From: a virus
Reading direction: 5' to 3' (one strand)
IMG/VR virus record: IMGVR_UViG_3300011271_000004
Coordinates: 1 to 64,000 of that record
Length of the DNA: 64,000 bases
Part shown: one piece after another, positions 43,062 to 51,095 of the stretch
Layout: the number at the start of each line of letters is the position of its first letter
How positions within the stretch are numbered: position 1 is the stretch's first letter
The notes under the pieces: generated by a model
What the model was told of the DNA's origin: nothing
Database searches by the model: none
What the model saw: only the letters and a program-made list of their open reading frames with translations
Made by a program: the position numbers and the translations under genes

Positions 43062-43125
43062 TGGGTGCTCCTCTCCACTACCCAAGGTACACGGGTGTGC
43101 GGGGTAAACCAAGGGTTTACCGGAG
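43062..43125 (-). promoter_or_regulatory. promoter/operator cassette P7
   Basis: Minus-strand read: TTGGTT-N17-TACCTT, with dyad CGCACAC-CC-GTGTACC (43086-43101). The perfect palindrome GGTAAACC-aag-GGTTTACC lies at 43103-43121. Confidence 0.55.
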
Positions 43126-43359
43126 ATTTATGGCACCAATTCAACCTGGGGCGGCCAGGTAATGGGGGTGGCAAGGCGTACAGTCAGACCCCAGACATGG
43201 CTGGGGGCCGGTCCTGTAGCCCAGGGAACCGGCCCCACAAAATGCAAGCCACTTCGGAGGCGCTGCATAACACCCGTGAAGGAGGCACTGCATGCACAGA
43301 CTACACCGCTCGGCCGACAGTGGCTGGGCCGTGCCCCGCACAGCCCTGCGGGAGGCGTG

Positions 43360-44220
43360 ATGTGGGCCAATGTTGATGACGCATTCTGGGCGCACCGTAA
43401 GGTGCTGGCCCTGATGGAGCACCCGGACGGGCTGGCCGCCATCGGGCTGTGGACCCTGGCCCTGGGATGGGCGCGGCACCAGGAGGCCAACGGCAGCCAC
43501 GGCACACCAGGGCAGGTGCCAAGCGCCATGGTGTACCGCCTAGCTGGCGAGCAAGGCCCCCACCTGGCTGCGCTGCTGGTGCAGCAGGCGCGGCCACCCG
43601 GTTACGACCATGGCCTATGGGACGAATGCCCAGCCGGTGGCTGGCTGTTCCACGACTTCGCCTTCTGGCAGCAGCTAGAGCAGTGGCAGGCCAAGCGGGA
43701 CCAGGCCAAGCGGGCGGCCCGTAAGCGGTGGGGACAGGATGGGCCGGGGCTGTTCGATGCGGGCGCAGATGCCTCCGCAGATGCGGGCGCAGATGCGGAT
43801 GCATCACCAGACGCACATGCGGGCGCAGATGCGGACGCAATGCCCACTACACCCCACCCCAATACAAGGGAAGCTAACGCTTCCCTAGATGCCCACCTGG
43901 CAACTGCGTCCTTCGACGCCTTCTGGGGTGCATACCCCCGGAAGGTCGGTAAGCGGAAGGCCCAGCAGGAGTGGGAGCTTGCGCTACGGCAGCGGCGGGC
44001 TACCCCCGAGGTCATCGTGGCGGGGGCTATGCGGTACCGGGACGACCCGCACCGGGTGGCGCAGTACACCAAGCACCCGTCCACCTGGTTGCATCAGGAT
44101 TGCTGGGGTGATGACCCCATGCCCTCACGGGGCGGCCGGGGCCGCAGCGGCGATGAGGAGTTCACGGATGGCCTGCGCAGGGCAGCCGAGCTTCAGCAAC
44201 AGGAGAGGGGCACCAGGTGA
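43360..44220 (+). CDS. replication initiator/organizer-like protein (DUF1376/YdaU-like N-terminus, from memory)
   Basis: ATG at 43360 follows GGGAGG. C-terminal block FDAFWGAYPRKVGKRKAQQEW...TWLHQDCW. An internal (G)ADA low-complexity region is encoded by 16-bp repeats. Confidence 0.5.
   Translation: MWANVDDAFWAHRKVLALMEHPDGLAAIGLWTLALGWARHQEANGSHGTPGQVPSAMVYRLAGEQGPHLAALLVQQARPPGYDHGLWDECPAGGWLFHDFAFWQQLEQWQAKRDQAKRAARKRWGQDGPGLFDAGADASADAGADADASPDAHAGADADAMPTTPHPNTREANASLDAHLATASFDAFWGAYPRKVGKRKAQQEWELALRQRRATPEVIVAGAMRYRDDPHRVAQYTKHPSTWLHQDCWGDDPMPSRGGRGRSGDEEFTDGLRRAAELQQQERGTR
43757..43832 (+). repeat. three perfect 16-bp direct repeats (ATGCGGGCGCAGATGC)
   Basis: Copies at 43757-43772, 43781-43796 and 43817-43832, with spacing of 24 and 36 nt. 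Confidence 0.85.
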
Positions 44221-44642
44221 GCGCAGATTTCGAGCTTTCCCCCGAGGACGCGGCAGCACCGATCACCCGGGCGGGGTGCGTGCTGCTGCTGACGCTGGCG
44301 CGGGCTGCTGACCGGCGGGTGGATGCGGGTGACGCGGCGGCGTTTATGTGGCACATGCTGCTGGGCGCTGACGGTCAGGGCGCAGCGGTCAGGGCGGGGG
44401 ATGCGATGGCGGCCATGGTGGCGCACTACCAGCAGCCGGATGCCAGGCCGGTGATGCCAGGTGACATCATCGGCGCGGTGGAGGAGTGGTCGGTGCAGTG
44501 GGTGCAGGGGAACCGGGCGGGGCTGCGGCCACCTGGGTGGCCCGAGGCGGCCGAGGAGTTGATCAGCGGCCCAGAGTTGGCGCGGCGGTCAGGGCTGCCG
44601 CTGGCGCAGCCGTTGCGCGCGCTGCCCGGTGGTGCGTCATGA
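44217..44642 (+). CDS. hypothetical protein
   Basis: GTG at 44217 follows GGAGAGGGGCACCAG. 141 aa. Confidence 0.5.
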   Translation: MSADFELSPEDAAAPITRAGCVLLLTLARAADRRVDAGDAAAFMWHMLLGADGQGAAVRAGDAMAAMVAHYQQPDARPVMPGDIIGAVEEWSVQWVQGNRAGLRPPGWPEAAEELISGPELARRSGLPLAQPLRALPGGAS

Positions 44643-45958
44643 CCGCCACGGCGGAGGGCAACGGGCACGCCCCGTGGGCGGTGGACCGGCCCGCGCCAGC
44701 GCAGGCCATACCGGCGGAGCGTGCGGTGTTGGGGGCCATGCTGTCATCGCCGCTGGCGGTGGAGGCCGCCGGGGCGGCGCTAATCCCGGGGGACTTCCAC
44801 CGGCCCGCGCACCAGGTGATCTACCAGGCGATGATCGTCATGCACGCCATGGGCGTGCCCATCGACGCCATCACCGTGCGGGAGCACATCGACACCGACA
44901 TGGGCGAGATCAAGGCCCTTGGCGGGCACCAGGCCGCTGCGGCGTACCTGGTGGACTTGTGGACCAGCACCGAGGCACGCGGCGCGGAGCAGGTGCCGCA
45001 CCACGCCAGGATCATCCGCGAGCGCGGCGCGCGGCGGCTGGGCGTGGAGGCCCTGGACCGGGCGTACCAGATGCTGGCGGAAGGCGACGGCAACGCCACC
45101 GAACTGCTGGCCCGGTGTTCGGCGGAGTTGGATGTGGCGCTGCGCCGCGCCACCGAAGACGTGGACCCGATGGGCGCGCAGATGACCGGGCGGGCGTTCG
45201 TCACCCGCCACCGGGTGCACCGCCGGCCGCTGATACCCGGCCTGCTGCACGCCTTGGACCGGCTGGTGCTGATCGGCGGCGAAGGCGGCGGCAAGTCCAC
45301 GCTGCGCGACCAGTTCGCCTGCTGCGCGGTGGCCGGGGTGCACCCGTTCCTGGGCACGGCCACACCCCCGCTGCGGGTGCTGATCGTAGACCTGGAAAAC
45401 CCGGCGGACCTGCTGCAAGACCGGCTGGAGCACCTGATGGACCTTGGCGGCCAGCACCCCGGCTGGTCGGATGAGGCGCTGCGGGTGTGGTCGCACCCGG
45501 CGGGGCTGAACTTCCGCGACCCGGCGGACGTGCACCGGCTGGCGGTCAACATCCGCCAGGCGGCCCCGCACCTGGTGATGGCCGGGCCGATCAAGAAAAT
45601 GTACCGGGACACCGGGGAGACCGCCGATCATGGGCTGGTCACTGAGGTGTGGGATCAGTTGCGGCTGCGGCTGGGCTGCGCGCTGGTGCTGGAGCACCAT
45701 GCGCCGATGGGGAACATTCGCCGGCCGTGGCGGCCCGCCGGATCGGGTATCTGGTCAAGCTGGCCTGAGTCGGGCATCGCGCTGACCCCCGGCGGTAAGG
45801 ACGACCCGGCGGGGGCGCTGCGGGTGAAGTCGTTCCGGGGGCACCGCCGACCGGGGATCATGTGGCCTGAGAAGCTGCACCGGTCGGTGACCAGCGCCAC
45901 GTGGCCGTGGGAGGGCCGGTACCCGCAAGGCACCCTCACCGACCCGCAGGGGGCGTGA
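44639..45958 (+). CDS. DnaB N-terminal-domain / RecA-like (AAA_25-type) replicative ATPase
   Basis: In-frame ATG at 44639 forms an ATGA overlap. N-terminus AERAVLGAMLSSP...HQVIYQAM. Walker A GGEGGGKST. Walker B-like VLIVDLE. Confidence 0.7.
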   Translation: MTATAEGNGHAPWAVDRPAPAQAIPAERAVLGAMLSSPLAVEAAGAALIPGDFHRPAHQVIYQAMIVMHAMGVPIDAITVREHIDTDMGEIKALGGHQAAAAYLVDLWTSTEARGAEQVPHHARIIRERGARRLGVEALDRAYQMLAEGDGNATELLARCSAELDVALRRATEDVDPMGAQMTGRAFVTRHRVHRRPLIPGLLHALDRLVLIGGEGGGKSTLRDQFACCAVAGVHPFLGTATPPLRVLIVDLENPADLLQDRLEHLMDLGGQHPGWSDEALRVWSHPAGLNFRDPADVHRLAVNIRQAAPHLVMAGPIKKMYRDTGETADHGLVTEVWDQLRLRLGCALVLEHHAPMGNIRRPWRPAGSGIWSSWPESGIALTPGGKDDPAGALRVKSFRGHRRPGIMWPEKLHRSVTSATWPWEGRYPQGTLTDPQGA

Positions 45959-46569
45959 TGATTGTCGGTGGCCTGGACCAGTCGCTGCGGTCCTTCGGCC
46001 TGGCCAAGGCCCACACCGGCACGCGGCAGATCATCACCCGCTGCCTGCGGACCACGGTCACCGGCCACCCCCGGCTGGAAATGCTGGTACGCCACGCCCT
46101 GGGGTGGTGCGGCGCACCTGACCGGTGCGACCTGGTGGTGATGGAGGGCCTGGCCATGGGCGCGCAGGGCAACAGCCTGCTGGACCTGGCCGGGCTGCAA
46201 ACGATGATCCGCCACGAGCTATGGCGCGCCGGCATCCCCTACGCCATGATCGGCCCCACCTCGCTGAAGCTGTACGCCACCGGCCACGGCCACGCGGACA
46301 AGGCGGCGATGATGGCGGCGGCGTACCGGCTGCTGCCGCAGGTGACGACCCGCACCCACGATGAGGCCGATGCGGTGTGGCTGGCTGAGGCGGGCTGCCG
46401 GCACTACGGGCACCCGCTGTGTGAGCTACCCGAGCGGCAGGCCGGGGTTCTGACCGCGTTGCGCGCCAAGGGCCGCCACAAGGGCAAGCCAATGATCACC
46501 TGGCCCGCGCTGGGCGTGGCCGAACCGGTGCAAGGCGCACTGGACGGCCTGGCGGTGCCCCGTGGGTGA
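45958..46569 (+). CDS. RuvC-like Holliday junction resolvase
   Basis: Acidic catalytic pattern GLDQS (D), VVMEG (E), THDEADAVWLA (D/D). The start overlaps the helicase stop. Confidence 0.65.
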   Translation: MIVGGLDQSLRSFGLAKAHTGTRQIITRCLRTTVTGHPRLEMLVRHALGWCGAPDRCDLVVMEGLAMGAQGNSLLDLAGLQTMIRHELWRAGIPYAMIGPTSLKLYATGHGHADKAAMMAAAYRLLPQVTTRTHDEADAVWLAEAGCRHYGHPLCELPERQAGVLTALRAKGRHKGKPMITWPALGVAEPVQGALDGLAVPRG

Positions 46570-46591
46570 GCTTGGGTGGGGCCGCTGCCCC

Positions 46592-46840
46592 ATGTCCCAC
46601 CAGGCCCCGGTGCCCGGGTACGTCGTGGCGTTCTCGGTAGGCGCGAGGTTTACCGAAGGGCTGGCGGTGCGGCTGGGCATCCACCCCGCCGAGCACGTGC
46701 ACGGGGAACCGTGCATCGGCAGCCACCAGCCCGCCCCGCCGCTGCCGCTGTCCCCGCCCACAGCAGCCCTTGGGCTGGCCCTCCAGCGGGCCGTCACGGA
46801 GCCCGCGCAAGCCCCGTTGTTTGACCTGCCCGCCACGTAG
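46592..46840 (+). CDS. hypothetical protein
   Basis: Coding-like third-position GC but a poor SD. Confidence 0.35.
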   Translation: MSHQAPVPGYVVAFSVGARFTEGLAVRLGIHPAEHVHGEPCIGSHQPAPPLPLSPPTAALGLALQRAVTEPAQAPLFDLPAT

Positions 46841-46873
46841 GGTGGCGGGCGTACCCACAAAGGAGGCGCAGCA

Positions 46874-47200
46874 ATGCCAAGACCGGACTACACGCTGTCG
46901 GGCAACGTGCCCGAGGTGCACGGCCTGGGCGCGGGCCGCAAGCGCTGGCTGGAGGAGCCCCGCGAGGAGCAGTGGGTGATCTGCCGCGTGGTCAACCTGG
47001 CCACCACCACCCACCACCCGCAAGACGAGGACGATAAGCGCACCATGGTGCTGGCAGCCACCAGCATGGATGTGGTGCGCATCCCCGACGACATCACCAC
47101 CATCCACGAGTTGGTGTCGCGGGCCAGGGCCGACCGCCCCGGCCAAGGCACCCTCGAAGACGCAGCCGCCGCCACGGGGCAAGAAGGGACTGGTAGCTGA
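46874..47200 (+). CDS. hypothetical protein
   Basis: ATG follows AAGGAGG. 108 aa. Confidence 0.55.
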   Translation: MPRPDYTLSGNVPEVHGLGAGRKRWLEEPREEQWVICRVVNLATTTHHPQDEDDKRTMVLAATSMDVVRIPDDITTIHELVSRARADRPGQGTLEDAAAATGQEGTGS

Positions 47201-47406
47201 TGGCCACCCGCAGCGCCGAACTGGCCGCCGAGGTGGCGGCCATGGACCGCATCGAACGCGCCATGGCCGCCTTGAGCGACTTGCCCGATGCGGCGCAAGC
47301 CCGGGTGCGCAGGTGGGTCAGTGAGACCTACCCCAGCCCCGATGGCCTGCTGGCCGCCACCAACGGCGGTCCCGGCCGCCCCGTCGCGGATGCGCCGCAA
47401 GCATGA
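47200..47406 (+). CDS. hypothetical helical protein
   Basis: Start and stop overlap the neighbouring genes. 68 aa. Confidence 0.5.
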   Translation: MATRSAELAAEVAAMDRIERAMAALSDLPDAAQARVRRWVSETYPSPDGLLAATNGGPGRPVADAPQA

Positions 47407-48326
47407 CCGGCTGGAGCACCTACCACGAGGTAATCCCCGAGCAGGTGGTCCCGGGCAAGCGGCTGGGCCGCCACATCCTGCGCGACACCCGCGCCCTGGC
47501 CTACCCCCACCCGCCGCTGGCCTACGGCCGCGTGCTGTCAGACGCGCTGCACACCCGCTACATCCCCATCCTCGACCAGGGCAACACGGGTTCCTGCACC
47601 GGCAACGCCGAGACCGGGGCGCTGGGTACCACCCCGGTGTACGACGCCTTGCCCCCCGGGCACCCGGTGCTCAATGAGGCGTTCGCCCGCGACACCATCT
47701 ACCACCTGGCCACCACCTTGGATGGCTACCCCGGCACCTTCCCGCCCGATGACACCGGCAGCGACGGGCAGTCAGCGGCCAAGGCGGCGCAGAAGCTGGG
47801 CCTGCTGTCCGGGTACACCTGGGCCGCCACGGTGCAACTGATCGCCGTCGCGCTGCAAGACGGCCCGGTGTGCATCGGCATCAACTGGTACGACTCCATG
47901 GACAGCCCTGGTGCGGGCGGCCTGATCACCATCAGCCCCGGTGCGCAGGTGCGCGGCGGCCACGAGTTGGTGCTGCGCGGCGTCATGGTGCTCGGCAGGC
48001 TGTTCCGGGGCGACAACTCCTGGGGGGCCTGGGGCGACAAGGGCTCGTTCGACATCGGCTGGGATGACATGGCCCGCCTGCTGGCCGAAGGCGGCGACGC
48101 CACCGTGCCTGTCCCGCTGACCCAGCCCGCCCCGGTGCCGGTGCCGCCGCTGCCCGCCCCGGTGGACGACGACGCCGCCGACACCTTGTTCGCCACGGTG
48201 CTGCTGCGCCAGAACGCCGCCGGGCAGGCGTGGGTCCACCAGCGCCACGACGGCTACGCCACCAACGTGGCCCGCCACGGCGCTGAGTGGCTGCTGGCCC
48301 GGGGCTTCACCCCAGCCGGCAGGTAG
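47403..48326 (+). CDS. papain-like (C1 family) cysteine peptidase, no signal peptide
   Basis: QGNTGSC has Gln six residues before the Cys, as in papain Q19/C25. GGHELVLRG supplies the His. DNSWGAWGDKGSF matches the Asn-Ser-Trp block. Confidence 0.7.
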   Translation: MTGWSTYHEVIPEQVVPGKRLGRHILRDTRALAYPHPPLAYGRVLSDALHTRYIPILDQGNTGSCTGNAETGALGTTPVYDALPPGHPVLNEAFARDTIYHLATTLDGYPGTFPPDDTGSDGQSAAKAAQKLGLLSGYTWAATVQLIAVALQDGPVCIGINWYDSMDSPGAGGLITISPGAQVRGGHELVLRGVMVLGRLFRGDNSWGAWGDKGSFDIGWDDMARLLAEGGDATVPVPLTQPAPVPVPPLPAPVDDDAADTLFATVLLRQNAAGQAWVHQRHDGYATNVARHGAEWLLARGFTPAGR

Positions 48327-48353
48327 GCAACTGTCGGCACCGCGCGCAACGAT

Positions 48354-48395
48354 GTACCCGGTGGGGCTGGACAAAATGGCAGACCCACCGGGTAC
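48354..48395 (+). other. 12-bp perfect-stem hairpin overlapping cassette P8
   Basis: GTACCCGGTGGG-18 nt-CCCACCGGGTAC. The loop holds TGGACA and the 3' arm overlaps the dyad. Confidence 0.5.
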
Positions 48396-48453
48396 ACTCG
48401 TGTACGGGGCAAGCGGAAAGGCCGCCAAGGCCCCGCACGGAGAGGAGCACCAC
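48366..48453 (+). promoter_or_regulatory. promoter/operator cassette P8 (plus strand)
   Basis: TGGACA-N19-TACACT, with perfect dyad GGTACAC-TC-GTGTAC (48391-48406). GGAGAGGAGCACCAC precedes the GTG at 48454. Confidence 0.45.
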
Positions 48454-49764
48454 GTGAGCGCAATCGAGACCACCGCCCGCAACGCCGACATGCAAACCAT
48501 CCTCGGCATCCTGAACAACCAGCGGGCACGCCGCCTCGACGTAGTGGCCAACTCAGCCGCCATCCACGCCGTGGATGGCAACCTGGTTGTGGCCGACGCC
48601 ATGGTGGGCATGAGCCTTGAGGGCGGCGTCGGCCGCCAGGACGGCACCTTCCAGCCCACCGCGATCTGCGATGAGAAGCTGGCCGCCCGCCTCGACATCC
48701 CCACCGCCTACCTCAAGAAGCTTCGCGGCTCGGGCCGCACCGACTTGTGGGATGCCAACGTGAACGGGCTGCTGCACGGCGGCGGCGACGTCATCGTGAC
48801 CGACGACGGGCCGACCCTCCAGCACGCCGCTGACCCCCGCAAGCACCTGCTGCGCCTGCTGGCCGGCGACCCCGGCGAAATGGGCGTGGCCCGCGCGGTG
48901 ATGAGCCAGCGGTACCGGTTCATCGAGACCCTGGACTGGGCGCTGGCCGTGCTGGCCGGTATCAACGACAGCGGGGCCACCCCGCTGCCGCCCATCTGCG
49001 ACTTGTCGGACCGCCGGTTCTACATGCGCATCGAAATGCCCGAGATCGCCATGCTGGCCCCCAAGCTGCTGGACGGGTACCGCAACCCCTTCGGCGGCCA
49101 GCAGGCCCGTGAGCGCGCCGGGCTGGGTGACAACGCCCTGCGCATGCAGGAGCGGCACGGGCAGTGGACGGTGGCTGAGGCGCTGGCCGCCGCGCAGGCC
49201 GAGGGCATGGGTTACAAGCCCGGTGAGGAGCCGGTGGTGTGGGCCGGCATTGTGGCCTCCAACTCCGAGACCGGCGACGGCTCGGCCTCCATCGCCCCCC
49301 AGATCCGCGTCAAGGTGTGCCGCAACGGGCTCACCATCGACGCGGCGGCTGACCGCAAGATCCACCTGGGCGGCGCGCTGGCCGAGGGCCAGGTCGAGTG
49401 GTCGCAGGAGACCGCCGAGGCCGAGTTGGCCCTGGTGACCGCGCAGGTCCGCGACGCGGTGCGCACCTGGTGCAAGCCCGAATGGCTGGCCGAGAGGGTG
49501 GCGGAGATCGAGGCGCTGGCCTCGGCCCCCATCGCCAACCCGCAGGCCACCATCAAGGAGGTGGCCAAGGCCACCGGGTTCACCCAGGCGCAGGCCGATG
49601 CGATCCTGGCGTTCTTCATCGACGGCGGGCAGGCCACCGCTGGCGGCCTGGCCAACGCGGCCACCGCGTACGCGCAGACGGTGGCCAGCCCCGAGGTGGC
49701 TAACTTCACCGAGCGGCACGCGGTGGAGTTGATGCAGCGCGCGGCCACCCTGGCCCGCCGCTAA
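48454..49764 (+). CDS. DUF932-like phage/plasmid protein
   Basis: GTG at 48454 follows GGAGAGGAGCACCAC. ARAVMSQRYRFIETLDWALAVL resembles the DUF932 core (from memory). Confidence 0.5.
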   Translation: MSAIETTARNADMQTILGILNNQRARRLDVVANSAAIHAVDGNLVVADAMVGMSLEGGVGRQDGTFQPTAICDEKLAARLDIPTAYLKKLRGSGRTDLWDANVNGLLHGGGDVIVTDDGPTLQHAADPRKHLLRLLAGDPGEMGVARAVMSQRYRFIETLDWALAVLAGINDSGATPLPPICDLSDRRFYMRIEMPEIAMLAPKLLDGYRNPFGGQQARERAGLGDNALRMQERHGQWTVAEALAAAQAEGMGYKPGEEPVVWAGIVASNSETGDGSASIAPQIRVKVCRNGLTIDAAADRKIHLGGALAEGQVEWSQETAEAELALVTAQVRDAVRTWCKPEWLAERVAEIEALASAPIANPQATIKEVAKATGFTQAQADAILAFFIDGGQATAGGLANAATAYAQTVASPEVANFTERHAVELMQRAATLARR

Positions 49765-49771
49765 CAAGGCT

Positions 49772-49812
49772 GGCGGCCCCGGGCTACGCCTCCTCGGCAG
49801 CCCGGGGCCGCC
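49772..49812 (+). terminator. 14-bp perfect-stem hairpin
   Basis: GGCGGCCCCGGGCT-13 nt-AGCCCGGGGCCGCC lies 8 nt after the stop at 49764. Confidence 0.6.
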
Positions 49813-49821
49813 TCTGGCGGT

Positions 49822-49858
49822 GGCCGCCCAGCACACACCTGGCAGGTGCTGGGCGGCC
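49822..49858 (+). terminator. second tandem hairpin (13-bp perfect stem)
   Basis: GGCCGCCCAGCAC-11 nt-GTGCTGGGCGGCC. Confidence 0.55.
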
Positions 49859-49900
49859 TCCGTGAGAGGGGAGCAGGCCGTGGGGCAGTTGGAGGACGTT

Positions 49901-50212
49901 ATGGGCGCGCACCCGCTGGATTGGGCGGCGCTGCTCGATGGCCGCGACGTGCGGCAGTGGCTGGTGGCTATGGGCGCGCTGCCCTTCGGCTCGCCGGGGC
50001 TGCCGGATTCCATGGTGGCCGCGCTGCTGTCCGTGGTGGCCGCTGGCCTGGTGGGCCTACCCGCCGGCTGGTGCGTGTGGCGCGGCGTCGGCCCCCAGCG
50101 GCCCTGGTACGCGCGCAGGCGCCGCACCAGCCCCCCAAGGGTGGTCTGGGGCGGCACACTAGAGCAGGTGGTTCAGCGGGCCGCCGGGTACGGAGAGGAG
50201 CCAACCCGATGA
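49901..50212 (+). CDS. membrane protein
   Basis: ATG at 49901 follows GGAGGA. TM helix MVAALLSVVAAGLVGLPAGW. Confidence 0.5.
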   Translation: MGAHPLDWAALLDGRDVRQWLVAMGALPFGSPGLPDSMVAALLSVVAAGLVGLPAGWCVWRGVGPQRPWYARRRRTSPPRVVWGGTLEQVVQRAAGYGEEPTR

Positions 50213-50523
50213 TTGTGGACAAGGGCCGCCGGTTGTGGGCCGAGGACGTGGCCGCCCTGCTGGGCGTGCTGCCCCGCACGGTGATCTTCTCGGCGTCCAA
50301 GACCAAGCGGAAGCCCGCCCGGGAGCGCAGCCTGGTGGACATGCCGCTGCCCGCTGGCCGCAGGCGCAGGCAGGTGGAAACCAACGCGGGGCAGCCGCGC
50401 ACCGTGGTGTCGCCGTGGTGGCATGAGGCGGACATCCTGGCCTGCCAGGCCGCGCGCCGCGCAGCGGGCACCTTGGCCGTGGACCGCACCCCCGGCGGCC
50501 AGTTCATCAAGGCGGCCGGCTGA
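50209..50523 (+). CDS. HTH DNA-binding protein (excisionase/MerR-like HTH)
   Basis: ATG at 50209 follows GGAGAGGAGCCAACCCG. HTH-like segment WAEDVAALLGVLPRTV. Confidence 0.5.
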   Translation: MIVDKGRRLWAEDVAALLGVLPRTVIFSASKTKRKPARERSLVDMPLPAGRRRRQVETNAGQPRTVVSPWWHEADILACQAARRAAGTLAVDRTPGGQFIKAAG

Positions 50524-51095
50524 TGGCCGCCGCTGCTGGCGTGCAGCCAGGCGACTGGTTTGTGGTGGACCCGGGCAGCGACCTGTTCGACTGGGTGGAG
50601 GCCGCCGAGCGGATGGCCGAGCACCTGACCCACCCCGATGTGCACCAGCGCGAGGGAGAGAAGTGGGGCCACGCCGGGGTAGCCACCCGGTGGGTCGGCG
50701 CGGTGCTGCTGTGCGCGGAGGCTGAGCCCGGCGGGGCGGTGGAGCGGCCGTGGCGGTGGGAAGGCCGTCCCCACATGTGGTCCACCCGCACCGGCCTGTC
50801 GGTGCCCGCCATGGGGCCAGCCGCGCAGCGGTACACCCAGCCTGGCCCGTGGGGGCCTCACGGGGTGCCCTACAGCTTCCTTGACTACGCGGTCATCGGC
50901 GGCCACGCCATGGGCGTGGAAACCGACGAGGTGACCCAGCGGCTGGCCGACTGGCACCACATGATCTGCTCCCAGTTGACCGATCAGGCCGCCCAGGACT
51001 GCGGGGTGCACCTGTTCAGCGACGGCCGTCCCCCGGGGCTGGTTACCCCGCTGGACCTGGGCCTGCTGTTGGAGGCCCACGGGGTGCGGCCGTGA
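50523..51095 (+). CDS. hypothetical protein
   Basis: ATGA overlap with the previous gene. 190 aa. No confident family. Confidence 0.5.
   Translation: MAAAAGVQPGDWFVVDPGSDLFDWVEAAERMAEHLTHPDVHQREGEKWGHAGVATRWVGAVLLCAEAEPGGAVERPWRWEGRPHMWSTRTGLSVPAMGPAAQRYTQPGPWGPHGVPYSFLDYAVIGGHAMGVETDEVTQRLADWHHMICSQLTDQAAQDCGVHLFSDGRPPGLVTPLDLGLLLEAHGVRP

Noticed and set aside
43162-43359. N-terminal extension of the initiator-like ORF (ORF-track start 43162)
   Set aside because: The region is comparatively AT-richer with poor codon bias and an implausible peptide. A good SD (GGGAGG) precedes the ATG at 43360.
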